The notes below the pieces were generated by a model, which was given only the letters and a program-made list of their open reading frames with translations, was not told where the DNA came from and made no database searches. 64,000 nucleotides of DNA from Candidatus Latescibacterota bacterium (GTDB taxonomy: Bacteria; Latescibacterota; UBA2968; UBA8231), in NCBI GenBank assembly GCA_965242865.1, contig CBDETK010000008.1:90109-154108 (forward strand), in the 5' to 3' direction. Each line of letters opens with the position of its first letter. The stretch's first letter is position 1. Shown here one piece after another: positions 1 through 8,616 of this stretch. The translations under genes and the position numbers were made by a program.

Positions 1-3000
1 ACGCGGTCGCCGCGTCTCCCTCGAGTGGCGTCGTCTCGGCCGGGTCCAGCACGCCGCTATCCCGGCTCGCGTCCCTGCCCCGCGTGATGAAGTCCTTGCC
101 TCTGTTGTCCGGGCCCAGCAGATGGCCTCGGATCCAGTTCTGCATCTCGTCGAAGATTCGCTGTCGCTGGTCGTTGGCGAAGCGGGTGTCGTCGGCGCTC
201 GCTTCCGCGCCGTCCAGGCTGACCACTCTCCGCAACTGGCCGAGCAGCTTGGTGAGCTCTTCCCGGACGACTTGGACATGCGTCGGCGACTTGAACTCGG
301 CCGATGCGGCGACCCGCACACGAGAATCTCTGGATTGCGGCTCGTACCCGTCCGTGAACAGCCGCTCGCGATCCAGCGTGAACTTGTAGAAATTGCGAGG
401 TTCGTTCTTGAAGTCGTAAAACTCGTAGCTGCGGTCGTCTCCGAGGTTCCCCAAGCGCAAGTAGCTCGCGACGACGAGGTTGTTGTTCTCGGTGCTGATC
501 GTAGTCCGCGACTCGGTGATCGCCACTCCCGGCTCTCCTCCCGGATATTCGATCGGCTCTAGATCCGATGCCGGGCGCAACCCGCCGTTTCCCGACCGTC
601 TCGACAGTACCACCCGTCTGGAGACGCTCGCGGCCGTCGCAAAGTCGGGTTCTGGCGGCGCGGTCGTCGACATCAACGTGCCGTCGTCGCGGGCCGCGCC
701 GAAAACAGCTGCCGCTACTTCCAAGGGATTCTGGGACGCGCTGCCTGCCGCTACCGTGCTCCGGAAGGCGGTCACGGCGGCACTCGCCGCCGCAACGGTG
801 TATCCCGCTCTCCGCAGCGCCGCTTGGAACTGGCTCACGGCCGCCTCGACCGCAGCTTCGTCCGCCGGGTCCAGCGCGGCCTGCTCGCCCAGCCCGGCCG
901 CCGACAGCGCCAGCCGGAATTGGTCCTCCTCCAAAGGCTCGCCTAGGATGCCCCGGGCCCGGGCCGTGCTGAACGCGTTCGCAGCCGTTCGCGATATGTC
1001 CTGATCCGGAGTGCCTGCCAGCACAGTCTGTCGGAAGGAAAGCGCTACCGTGCGCGCCGCGGCCGGGCCGTAACCGGCCGCCAGCAAAGCTGCTTGGAAT
1101 CGATTCACCACCGCCTCCACGGCGTCGGTGTCCGCCGGGTCCAACGCACTGCCCTCGCCCAGTCCGGCTGCCTCCAGCGCCGTACCGAACAGGGAGCGCT
1201 CGCGGGCCGCCTGCCGGTCCGACGGAATCGGGGCGCGCATCGCCCCGAAGCCGCCCGCCAGGAGCGTGGACCCGCGACTGTCCGCGATCTTCCAGGCCCC
1301 AAGCACCTGCGCGCCGACATCGACCTCGCGGCCCAGCAGTCGACCGCTGAAATCGCCCTCGACGCCCGTCTCCAGTTCCGGTGCGCCGCCCGGCAGCGAG
1401 TAGTAGGACAGCCGTACCGCGCCCTCGCGCTCCGCCCAACTGCCGTTGCGCCGCAGGTTCGCTTCCGGCAGCGTGATCGCCTCGACCGCCCCGCCGAAGC
1501 CGTACGTCCAAGCCGCGCCGGTGTCCGTCCGCGCTAGATTCAGCACCACGCCGTCCACTCGTTGCGGCCCGAATCGCACCTGCACGTCCATGTCGCCCGC
1601 GTACAAGACGCCCTTGCTGTCTGCCGCGTAGGTCCCGCCGGTGTAGTAGGCGTTGCCTTGCACTTGGACATGGTTAGCCCTTCGCACGGGCTCCACGGTC
1701 GACCACGCGAACCCTTGCGCCCGCCGTCCGCTCGACAGTTCCTTGGTCGCGTCAGCCCTCTCCACGTAGCTCGCCGCGCCGTAACGCACGTCTCCAATCA
1801 CGCTCAGGGCGGCTTCTGCTGTCCACTCTTCCGCGTCGAAGGCCTTGGCCGCGTTCGCCGCGCTGAGCGTATTGAACCCTCCGATGAAGTCGCTGCCGCC
1901 CTGCTCGGTCGCCGCCGCCAGGCTCTCCGCGCTCGAGAACGCTTCCACTACCCGGTCGAACGAGTCCAGCAGCCGATTCCGGTTGTATTCGCGCTCCAAC
2001 TCCAAGTCGTCATCGCCGAAGAACGCCCTCAGATGCCTCTCCGCGCTCGCCCAGTGACGGTCGAGCAGGCTCCTGAAGGTGGCCTGACTGTCCGCGAAGG
2101 TCCCGGCCCGCTCCGTCTCCACGAGCCGCTCCATCTGGCCGCGGATCTTGGTCAGCTCGGTCAGCGTGCTCGCTGCCAGACGCGGTCCCGCCGCGGTAGC
2201 CTGCCCGCTGCCCAGCAGGTCGCCCATGGCGAACTCCGCCTGCACAACCTCCAGCGTCACGCCCGTCTCGTCGATTGCGGTCTTGCGGTCGTCCGTGCTC
2301 AGCATCGGCAATTCGTTGGCGCCCGCAGCGTCCTCCTTCATGGCCGTGCCCTCAGCCATCGGCAGGTCGTAGCGCATGCCCGAGAACATGCCCTCGGCGT
2401 CCATTGCCACGCGATACAGCGCGCCGTACAAGGAGATGTTGCCGCTGCCGTCGGCCGGCAGCGTGACGCCGGTCGCGCCTGCTACCGAGTAGCCCCCGCT
2501 GTCCTCGTCGCGCGTCACCTGCAGATCCGTGCCCGCGACCTGCAGAGCCTCCGGCGCGTACTCGGCCGTCCAGACGCCGTCGGCCAGAGTCAGCGTGTAG
2601 GCGTTGGTGTCGCCCGCTTGGTTCTCCGCCTCGACGGTGCCGCCCGACGCCACGGTCCGCTCGCCCATCTGCCACGAGCCGTCCTCGGATCGCGACACCG
2701 TCGCCGAGCCGCCTTCGGCGCCCAGCGCCAGCGTCTGCACAGTGGCCCTGTAGGTGCCCACCCAGCCACCGCGCTCGGTGCGCTCCAGCGCGTACTCGTT
2801 GCCGTTCGCGGTGACGATCGCCCCCGCCATCACGGTCATGCCGTCCGCGTCCTGGAAGGTGTCGTCCTCTTGTCGATACAGCGTCAGCGTGCCGCCCAGC
2901 TGGCCTAGCGCTGCCGTCACGGCCTCCGGCACGTACACGGCCATGGGCACGCCATCCTCTCCCAGCTCAACGCCGTAAGTGTTGCCGTTCTCGGTGGTGT

Positions 3001-3439
3001 AACGTGTTTCGGCGGTGATGGTCGTGCCGTCGGGGAGCGCGTAGGAGCCGTCCTCTTGGCGGGTGATGATGACCAATTCGCCTCTGGTCCCCAGCGGAAC
3101 GGTCACTTCAACCGGGTTGTAGGTCGCCGCCCACGTACCGTCCTCGCTCATGCTGAGGGTGTAGCTGTTGCCGTTCGAGCTGGTCGTCATGGTCTCGCCG
3201 GATATGACCGGTGCGCCGTCCAGCGTGTAGCCGCCGGATTCGGTGGGCATCAAGGTCACCGACTCGTCGCTGGAGCCGAGTGCGACCTCCACGGCGTGTG
3301 AGTGGGACCGTGCCGGGGGACCGGTTACAGCGCCTTGCTCGTCAACCCCGAGCGCTGCCGGACAAAGTGCCAGCACGATGCATGGTGCGAGAAGGGATCG
3401 CCCCCCCCCATTTCTGTGCCCGAGTCGAAAGATCGTCAT
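1..3439 (-). CDS. Large secreted/surface repeat protein (>1146 aa, 3' end runs off the window)
   Basis: Manual translation of the minus strand from ATG 3439 (MTIFRLGHRNGGGRSLLAPCIVLALCPAALG...) stays in one frame to the window edge (...DPAETTPLEGDAATA). It has a signal-peptide-like N-terminus, about five ~60-aa beta-rich repeats and two helical repeats. Absent from the ORF track because no stop lies in the window. Confidence 0.85.
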   Translation of the reverse strand, partial: MTIFRLGHRNGGGRSLLAPCIVLALCPAALGVDEQGAVTGPPARSHSHAVEVALGSSDESVTLMPTESGGYTLDGAPVISGETMTTSSNGNSYTLSMSEDGTWAATYNPVEVTVPLGTRGELVIITRQEDGSYALPDGTTITAETRYTTENGNTYGVELGEDGVPMAVYVPEAVTAALGQLGGTLTLYRQEDDTFQDADGMTVMAGAIVTANGNEYALERTERGGWVGTYRATVQTLALGAEGGSATVSRSEDGSWQMGERTVASGGTVEAENQAGDTNAYTLTLADGVWTAEYAPEALQVAGTDLQVTRDEDSGGYSVAGATGVTLPADGSGNISLYGALYRVAMDAEGMFSGMRYDLPMAEGTAMKEDAAGANELPMLSTDDRKTAIDETGVTLEVVQAEFAMGDLLGSGQATAAGPRLAASTLTELTKIRGQMERLVETERAGTFADSQATFRSLLDRHWASAERHLRAFFGDDDLELEREYNRNRLLDSFDRVVEAFSSAESLAAATEQGGSDFIGGFNTLSAANAAKAFDAEEWTAEAALSVIGDVRYGAASYVERADATKELSSGRRAQGFAWSTVEPVRRANHVQVQGNAYYTGGTYAADSKGVLYAGDMDVQVRFGPQRVDGVVLNLARTDTGAAWTYGFGGAVEAITLPEANLRRNGSWAEREGAVRLSYYSLPGGAPELETGVEGDFSGRLLGREVDVGAQVLGAWKIADSRGSTLLAGGFGAMRAPIPSDRQAARERSLFGTALEAAGLGEGSALDPADTDAVEAVVNRFQAALLAAGYGPAAARTVALSFRQTVLAGTPDQDISRTAANAFSTARARGILGEPLEEDQFRLALSAAGLGEQAALDPADEAAVEAAVSQFQAALRRAGYTVAAASAAVTAFRSTVAAGSASQNPLEVAAAVFGAARDDGTLMSTTAPPEPDFATAASVSRRVVLSRRSGNGGLRPASDLEPIEYPGGEPGVAITESRTTISTENNNLVVASYLRLGNLGDDRSYEFYDFKNEPRNFYKFTLDRERLFTDGYEPQSRDSRVRVAASAEFKSPTHVQVVREELTKLLGQLRRVVSLDGAEASADDTRFANDQRQRIFDEMQNWIRGHLLGPDNRGKDFITRGRDASRDSGVLDPAETTPLEGDAATA
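3401..3409 (-). repeat. G9 homopolymer in the signal-peptide coding region
   Basis: C9 on the + strand; reads AAT GGG GGG GGG CGA (N-G-G-G-R) in frame on the minus strand. Confidence 0.9.
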
Positions 3440-3486
3440 TGCTGAACCTACACAAGCCCTGTTTCAGTCATCACCAGAAACTGCTC

Positions 3487-3498
3487 GGGGGGGGGGGG
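3487..3498 (+). repeat. G12 homopolymer 48-59 bp upstream of the surface-protein start
   Basis: ctgctcGGGGGGGGGGGGtg seen directly in the sequence. Confidence 0.9.
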
Positions 3499-4122
3499 TG
3501 AAGACTGACACTTTCCCCGACCTTCTCCCGATCGCGCCTGCGCTCCTCGCGAAAGCCCGACTCTTGATATTGTAGACTGATCGTGCGGAGCATTGTCAAC
3601 TCTACTGCATCCGGGCGGTACAGGGGATGGCAATCCGAATATCAAAACTTTGTAAAGAATCTGATCAAGAGTGAAATCTGCCCATCGCTCGCCAGTCCGC
3701 CGATGCGGAAAATCGAATGTCTGGACAATCGGCTTGGAGGAACCGCAGGGGCGAGACTTCGCAACTAGAAGCTAGACCTACTTCTATTCGGGACGAACGA
3801 TCCGGCGAGACAGCTTGTGGTATACGGGGTGTCTTGGCCGTAGCGCGCACCGGGGATTTGATCGCCGAGACAATGAGAAAGCCATGCACGACGCGTCAAG
3901 GCCGCAAGAAGCCTAGCCAATGACGAAGGGGACGAACCACGTTTGACCGTCGGTCCGGAGTGATTCGTCGGAGTGCGCGGGGGCGGGCAATGCCTCGTGT
4001 TTTCAATCGTCGACGCGGCGGGACTCAGACGAGTTAACCCGCAGGGCCCGGTTGGTTCGATGACGCGACGGAATATCGCAGTTGCACGAATTGCGCCGCA
4101 GAGCACGTGCCCTCCCGATGCC

Positions 4123-5613
4123 TCACAGTTCGGCGAGTTCCGGATTCTCGGCGGCCCATTCCAAGAAGTCCTCGACGGTATAGAACGTCTCGTGCCTGTA
4201 CAGCCGGCCCCGGTCCTCGACCGGCACTGTCCAGTCGTGGTCCCACGAGTCTCCCGTGCGCTCCATCCAGTCCGCAATCTTTCCTTCGAGCTCGGCTTGG
4301 ATTGCCGCCGCCTCGGGCTTGTCAACCAGGTTGTTTAGTTCGTAGGGATCCGCATCGAGGTCATAGAGAACCCAAGGAGCCTCCCTCGTGCGGGCGTACA
4401 TGTAACGCTTGGTTCGGACCCCGCGCCAACCCGCGTCGACGCCTCCCGAGATGTACGGCCCGAGGATCTGGAAGTAAGCGGATTCCGGCCCGCTCTCGGA
4501 CTCGCCGAGAATGACCGCCGACAGATCGCTGCCCTGCATCGCCGGATCGGGGTCCAAGCCGCATAGCGAAAGGAGGGTAGGGGCCATGTCGACATGCGAG
4601 AACAGCTCGTCCGTCACGCGACCGCCCGGAGCCCGCGGGTGCCGCACGATGCCCGGCACATTGATCGATTCCTCCCAAGGCTTGCGCTTCAGGCGCGCTC
4701 CCTGCGAACCGAGCATGTCTCCGTGGTCCGAGGAAACGACCACGATCGTGTTCTCCCGCAAGCCCAGAGCGTCCAGTTCGGCCATGAGCCGGCCGACTTC
4801 GACGTCAAGCGCCGTGATCATGGCGTAGTAGGCCGTGATTTCCTTGCGGCCCGGTATCCTGCGATTCGGATTCGACTCCGGATCGGGAGTCGATTCCTCG
4901 CCCTTGTAATTGGGGCGGAGCGTGATCGCTTCCGGGTCGTACATCGCCATGTAGTCCTCCGGCGCGATGTAGGGGTTGTGGGGCGGACCCATCTGAACGG
5001 TCAGGAAGAACGGACGCTTGTCTTCGCGGGTCTGCTGCAGGAACTCGATGCCCAGATCCGCCCAGACCTCGGCCTCGAACCGCTTGATCGGGATGGGCTC
5101 CGGATCGTCGCGGAAGTATTGCGTGTCGAAATGCCGGTGGCTGACTTCGTTGGCTGCCCAGAACTCGAAGCCTTGGCGGCGCGGTCCGGGCGGGATCCAG
5201 CCTGGCTGGCGCGGCCCGCCGTCCAGGTGCCACTTGCCGATAAAGCCCGTCCTGTAGCCGGCCTCAGCGAAAAGCTCGGCAACGCTCGTTTCGGACTCGC
5301 GCAAGCGGAGGTCGTTGGCGACCATGCCGTTGGCATGGGCGTACTTGCCGGTGAGGATGATCGCTCGCGCCGGGCAGCACACCGGTGTGTTGGCGAGATG
5401 ATTGCGGAACAAGAGCCCTTCGGAGGCCAGCTTGTCCAGGTGGGGTGACTTGACGTCGGGGTTGCCCATGCACCCCATCGCGTGAGCCCGCATCTGATCG
5501 GGGAACAGGAACAGGACGTTGAGCGGTGCGTCCGGTCCTTTGGAACCGGATCCGCAGGCGAGGGTTCCCAGCAGGGCTCCGCCCGAGGCCATGAAGTCAC
5601 GTCGCGTCAGCAT
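4123..5613 (-). CDS. Sulfatase (formylglycine-dependent), Tat-exported
   Basis: Twin-arginine signal MLTRRDF; PDQ metal motif; CxPxR (CCPARA..LTGKY); GYRTGFIGKWHL; SDHG. Confidence 0.95.
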   Translation of the reverse strand: MLTRRDFMASGGALLGTLACGSGSKGPDAPLNVLFLFPDQMRAHAMGCMGNPDVKSPHLDKLASEGLLFRNHLANTPVCCPARAIILTGKYAHANGMVANDLRLRESETSVAELFAEAGYRTGFIGKWHLDGGPRQPGWIPPGPRRQGFEFWAANEVSHRHFDTQYFRDDPEPIPIKRFEAEVWADLGIEFLQQTREDKRPFFLTVQMGPPHNPYIAPEDYMAMYDPEAITLRPNYKGEESTPDPESNPNRRIPGRKEITAYYAMITALDVEVGRLMAELDALGLRENTIVVVSSDHGDMLGSQGARLKRKPWEESINVPGIVRHPRAPGGRVTDELFSHVDMAPTLLSLCGLDPDPAMQGSDLSAVILGESESGPESAYFQILGPYISGGVDAGWRGVRTKRYMYARTREAPWVLYDLDADPYELNNLVDKPEAAAIQAELEGKIADWMERTGDSWDHDWTVPVEDRGRLYRHETFYTVEDFLEWAAENPELAEL

Positions 5614-5703
5614 GCGGTAAAGATTCTAGCGCGGCAAGGCGGTTGGCACACTCGCGAGCATCGCTCGCAGACCCGTCGCACGTCACACTCGCTGCATTGA
5701 TCC

Positions 5704-5916
5704 TCAACGCTTCCGGTACTTCGCAAGCAGTGCCTCCCGTCCGCGCTGCGCCTCTTCGAGACTGCGGTATTTGAAGACCCCCTTAGGGAGGGATCGCGGT
5801 GCCATCTCGCGCAGGGTCTGGTTGTGGCGGATGAAGTGCTCGAAGCAGTCCGTCCGCCGGCGGGGGACCGGCACGGCATTCATCTCCTCGAGCGACCGAA
5901 ATCGCTGCACGCCCAT
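5704..5916 (-). CDS. Small basic protein, probable partner of the adjacent nucleotidyltransferase
   Basis: Starts directly after the stop of 5917-6444 (TAG|ATG); carries an internal repeat GVQRFRSLEE / GVFKYRSLEE. Confidence 0.7.
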   Translation of the reverse strand: MGVQRFRSLEEMNAVPVPRRRTDCFEHFIRHNQTLREMAPRSLPKGVFKYRSLEEAQRGREALLAKYRKR

Positions 5917-6444
5917 CTAACTGTCCTCCTCGAGATCGAAGTGAGCCCGCAGTGCCGCAGCATCTTGGCGATCAATCGGTCTCATGGTCCCTCTCTTGAG
6001 CCGGTGTAGAGCGGCCGGAGTGGCTACTCGGATTCGAACTCCCCGATACTCCATGGTTTCCGCATCGACCGACTCGAACGTCGCCTTCTCGCTAATTCCG
6101 GCGATGAGGTCCAAGCAGAGTTTCTCGCTTGGAGGATAGTATCTGACCACGGGATAGAACCCCATCAGGTCGTCGGCTCGGATTTCTTCAATGCTCGGAT
6201 CGTCTTGATACGCCGACCGGAGGGCCGCGGCGATTCGTTGGATGTTCTCGCGACTTGCTTTGACCAGTAAGTCCACATCTTCGGTTCCCCGAATGATCCC
6301 ATGCATACCCAACGCGGCAGCTCCTACCAAGGTGTACTCGACACCAGCCTGGTCCAAGGCTCTGAAAACACGTATCAACTCTTCGCGATCCACCGTGCCA
6401 AGGGTAGCAAGGGAGGAGCTAACTGAGTCCTTGAATCGGGTCAT
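5917..6444 (-). CDS. Nucleotidyltransferase (AbiEii/DUF6036-like), putative TA component
   Basis: LVGAAALGMHG..RGTEDVDLLV matches the G-x-x-A...R-x-T-x-D-x-D NTase motif; C-terminal LK...RPIDxxD. Confidence 0.8.
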   Translation of the reverse strand: MTRFKDSVSSSLATLGTVDREELIRVFRALDQAGVEYTLVGAAALGMHGIIRGTEDVDLLVKASRENIQRIAAALRSAYQDDPSIEEIRADDLMGFYPVVRYYPPSEKLCLDLIAGISEKATFESVDAETMEYRGVRIRVATPAALHRLKRGTMRPIDRQDAAALRAHFDLEEDS

Positions 6445-6854
6445 CCGCCTGCGTCGGCCGCTCTTGGGCGAGCGAACCCGAGGTCGATGCGAATGCGGGA
6501 GCGGCGATCGTGCGTATCCGGCGATTCAGTGCCCTCGAGCGGGAAATCCGCTGCGCTCCGACCGCGAGCGCCCGAGGTGCTCAAGAAGCGCGACCCCGCA
6601 ACGCACCGCGGGCGCGACGCTGCTTGCGGCACTGAGACGAATCGCAGTAAGTGCAACAAGATAGCAGATAATTAGCGACACGCGGTGACTCCGGACGCGA
6701 CGGAGCGGCCACGCGGCCAGATCGCAAATACATGAAACAGCTTCGTGCGCTGTGCGCGCATTGTCGGCAACGCGCGCTCGCGCACCACCTAGGCCGGAGA
6801 GCTATGCATCAAGTTGAACTTGAGACGATGTTGCAGAAAGGCTACAATCGGGGC

Positions 6855-8000
6855 ATGCAGACCTTCCGCAAGGTTCTCTTTTGGCTGCACCTCATTTGCG
6901 GCGTGGCGGTCGGCTTGGTCGTCTTCGTGATGTCGGCCACGGGCGTCGTCCTGACCTACGAGAAGCAGATGGAGCGGTGGGCCGACGGTTTCGAGGTGGG
7001 CGAGGAATGTGGCGAGGGTGCCCGGCTGGGGCCGGAGGCGTTGCTCGCGGCCACGCGAGCGTCCACCGGGAGAGTGCCGACCGCGATACTCGTCCGTTCC
7101 GACCCGTCGCAGCCTGTGCGCGTCTCGTTCGGGCGCCAGTCGAACGAGGTCCATCCCTGCACCGGAGAATCGATGGGGGAGGGCGCGCCGCAAGTGCATG
7201 GCTTTTTCCATCAGATGATCCTCTGGCACCGCTGGCTGGGCCAGGAAGGCGACGGGCGCAGCGTAGGCAAAGCGATTACCGGAGCCTGCAATCTGGCATT
7301 CCTGTTCATCATCCTGTCGGGTTCGTACCTGTGGTGGCCGAAGCAATGGACGTGGAAGCAATTGCGCGGGATCGTGCTGTTCCGGGGCGGACTGAAGGGC
7401 AAGGCGCGCGACTTCAACTGGCATAACGTGTTCGGGCTTTGGTGCGCCGTGCCGCTCTTCATCGTGGCTGGCACGGCCGTGTTCTTCTCATACTCGTGGA
7501 GTTCCGATCTGCTCTATGCCGTTACCGGCGAGGAGCGGTCAGCTTCAAGCGGACGGGGCCGAGGGGGCGGGGCGGCAAGCCCCGGGCAGGAGAGTGAAGA
7601 GCCTCCCGGTTTCACGGGACTCGACGCGCTCTGGAAAACGGCAGTTGCCATCGAGCCCGATTGGAGATTGATCACGATGCGCATTCCGGAACGTCCGCAG
7701 GCCCCGGTCTCGTTCACGCTCGACCGCGGGAACGGCTTCCGACCGGATCTCCGCACCACCGTGGTGCTCGACCGCAGCACCGGCAAGGTCGTGCGCCAGG
7801 TGGAATACGCTGACAATCCAAAGGCGGCCAACGCCCGGTCTTGGATCCGCTGGCTGCACACCGGGGAAGCGGGCGGCCTCGCCGGGCAAACCTTGGCCGG
7901 GATCGTCTCGCTGGCCGCTTGCTTTCTGGTGTACACGGGCTGGATGCTGAGCTGGCGTCGCTTTCAGGCTTGGCGGACTAGGAATCGCGGATCCCCGTGA
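6855..8000 (+). CDS. PepSY-associated TM helix protein (iron-regulated membrane protein family)
   Basis: FWLHLICG, WHRWLG, YLWWP, RDFNWHN, WLHTGE motifs and 4-5 hydrophobic helices; ATG 6855 is the likely start. Confidence 0.9.
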   Translation: MQTFRKVLFWLHLICGVAVGLVVFVMSATGVVLTYEKQMERWADGFEVGEECGEGARLGPEALLAATRASTGRVPTAILVRSDPSQPVRVSFGRQSNEVHPCTGESMGEGAPQVHGFFHQMILWHRWLGQEGDGRSVGKAITGACNLAFLFIILSGSYLWWPKQWTWKQLRGIVLFRGGLKGKARDFNWHNVFGLWCAVPLFIVAGTAVFFSYSWSSDLLYAVTGEERSASSGRGRGGGAASPGQESEEPPGFTGLDALWKTAVAIEPDWRLITMRIPERPQAPVSFTLDRGNGFRPDLRTTVVLDRSTGKVVRQVEYADNPKAANARSWIRWLHTGEAGGLAGQTLAGIVSLAACFLVYTGWMLSWRRFQAWRTRNRGSP

Positions 8001-8161
8001 CCCGCTCAATCGGTTACGTATCTTGGCTCCAGTGCTAGGCGCAACGGCAGTCGAGCCGAGCCGACCACGGGAACCCCACAGATCCGCTCGATTCGCAAAC
8101 TTAGCGATCTGACTGTGTCCGGCACGTCGGATCGAGATTCGATGCGTGGGAACATGGAGCA

Positions 8162-8569
8162 ATGCATACCAGCACCGGATGGACGAACGAATCGAACGAC
8201 CTGACTTCCCCATACTTGAAACGCATCGAATGGCTCAGGAATGATGGGCTCTGCTACGACATCACGTTAAACGAGTCGTCCGTGCGGGACTTTCTTTCGT
8301 TCATCGATGCCGCGTCATACTCGCTCAGAGCATCTCTAGTGCTCCACGACAATGGCAACATCCGGGCGCTGTGGAAGCTGAGCGACGAAGATCGAATCGG
8401 CGTTCAATTCCGAGGCGACGGGAATGCCTCGTTCGTGATCTTCAAGCGTCCTGCTGCGGGAGTCGCTACTTCACGAACCTACGGGTTGGATTCGCTGGAC
8501 GGAGTTCGCGCCCGGATTCAAGCATGCGGATTCGAGCCTGAGTTGAGCGGACGGTCGACCGATCCCTAG
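8162..8569 (+). CDS. Hypothetical protein resembling the C-terminal domain of the 14687/59116 proteins
   Basis: Lower-GC 135-aa ORF with GGAG RBS; pattern RIxxL...LVLHDNGNIRALW...IGVQFRGDG. Confidence 0.65.
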   Translation: MHTSTGWTNESNDLTSPYLKRIEWLRNDGLCYDITLNESSVRDFLSFIDAASYSLRASLVLHDNGNIRALWKLSDEDRIGVQFRGDGNASFVIFKRPAAGVATSRTYGLDSLDGVRARIQACGFEPELSGRSTDP

Positions 8570-8616
8570 CGACTTGTCCCCGGCAAGCACGCGCAGTCGT
8601 AGGCTTACTATGAGGC

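Noticed and set aside
57-2908. Track ORFs 57-1511 (-) and 1562-2908 (+)
   Set aside because: Arg/Gly-rich shadow frames of the real 1-3439 minus-strand gene; the same applies to most long overlapping ORFs in this GC-rich window.
6820-6836. Fur-box-like TTGAGACGATGTTGCAG upstream of the PepSY gene
   Set aside because: Plausible from context, but the match to consensus is too weak to call.
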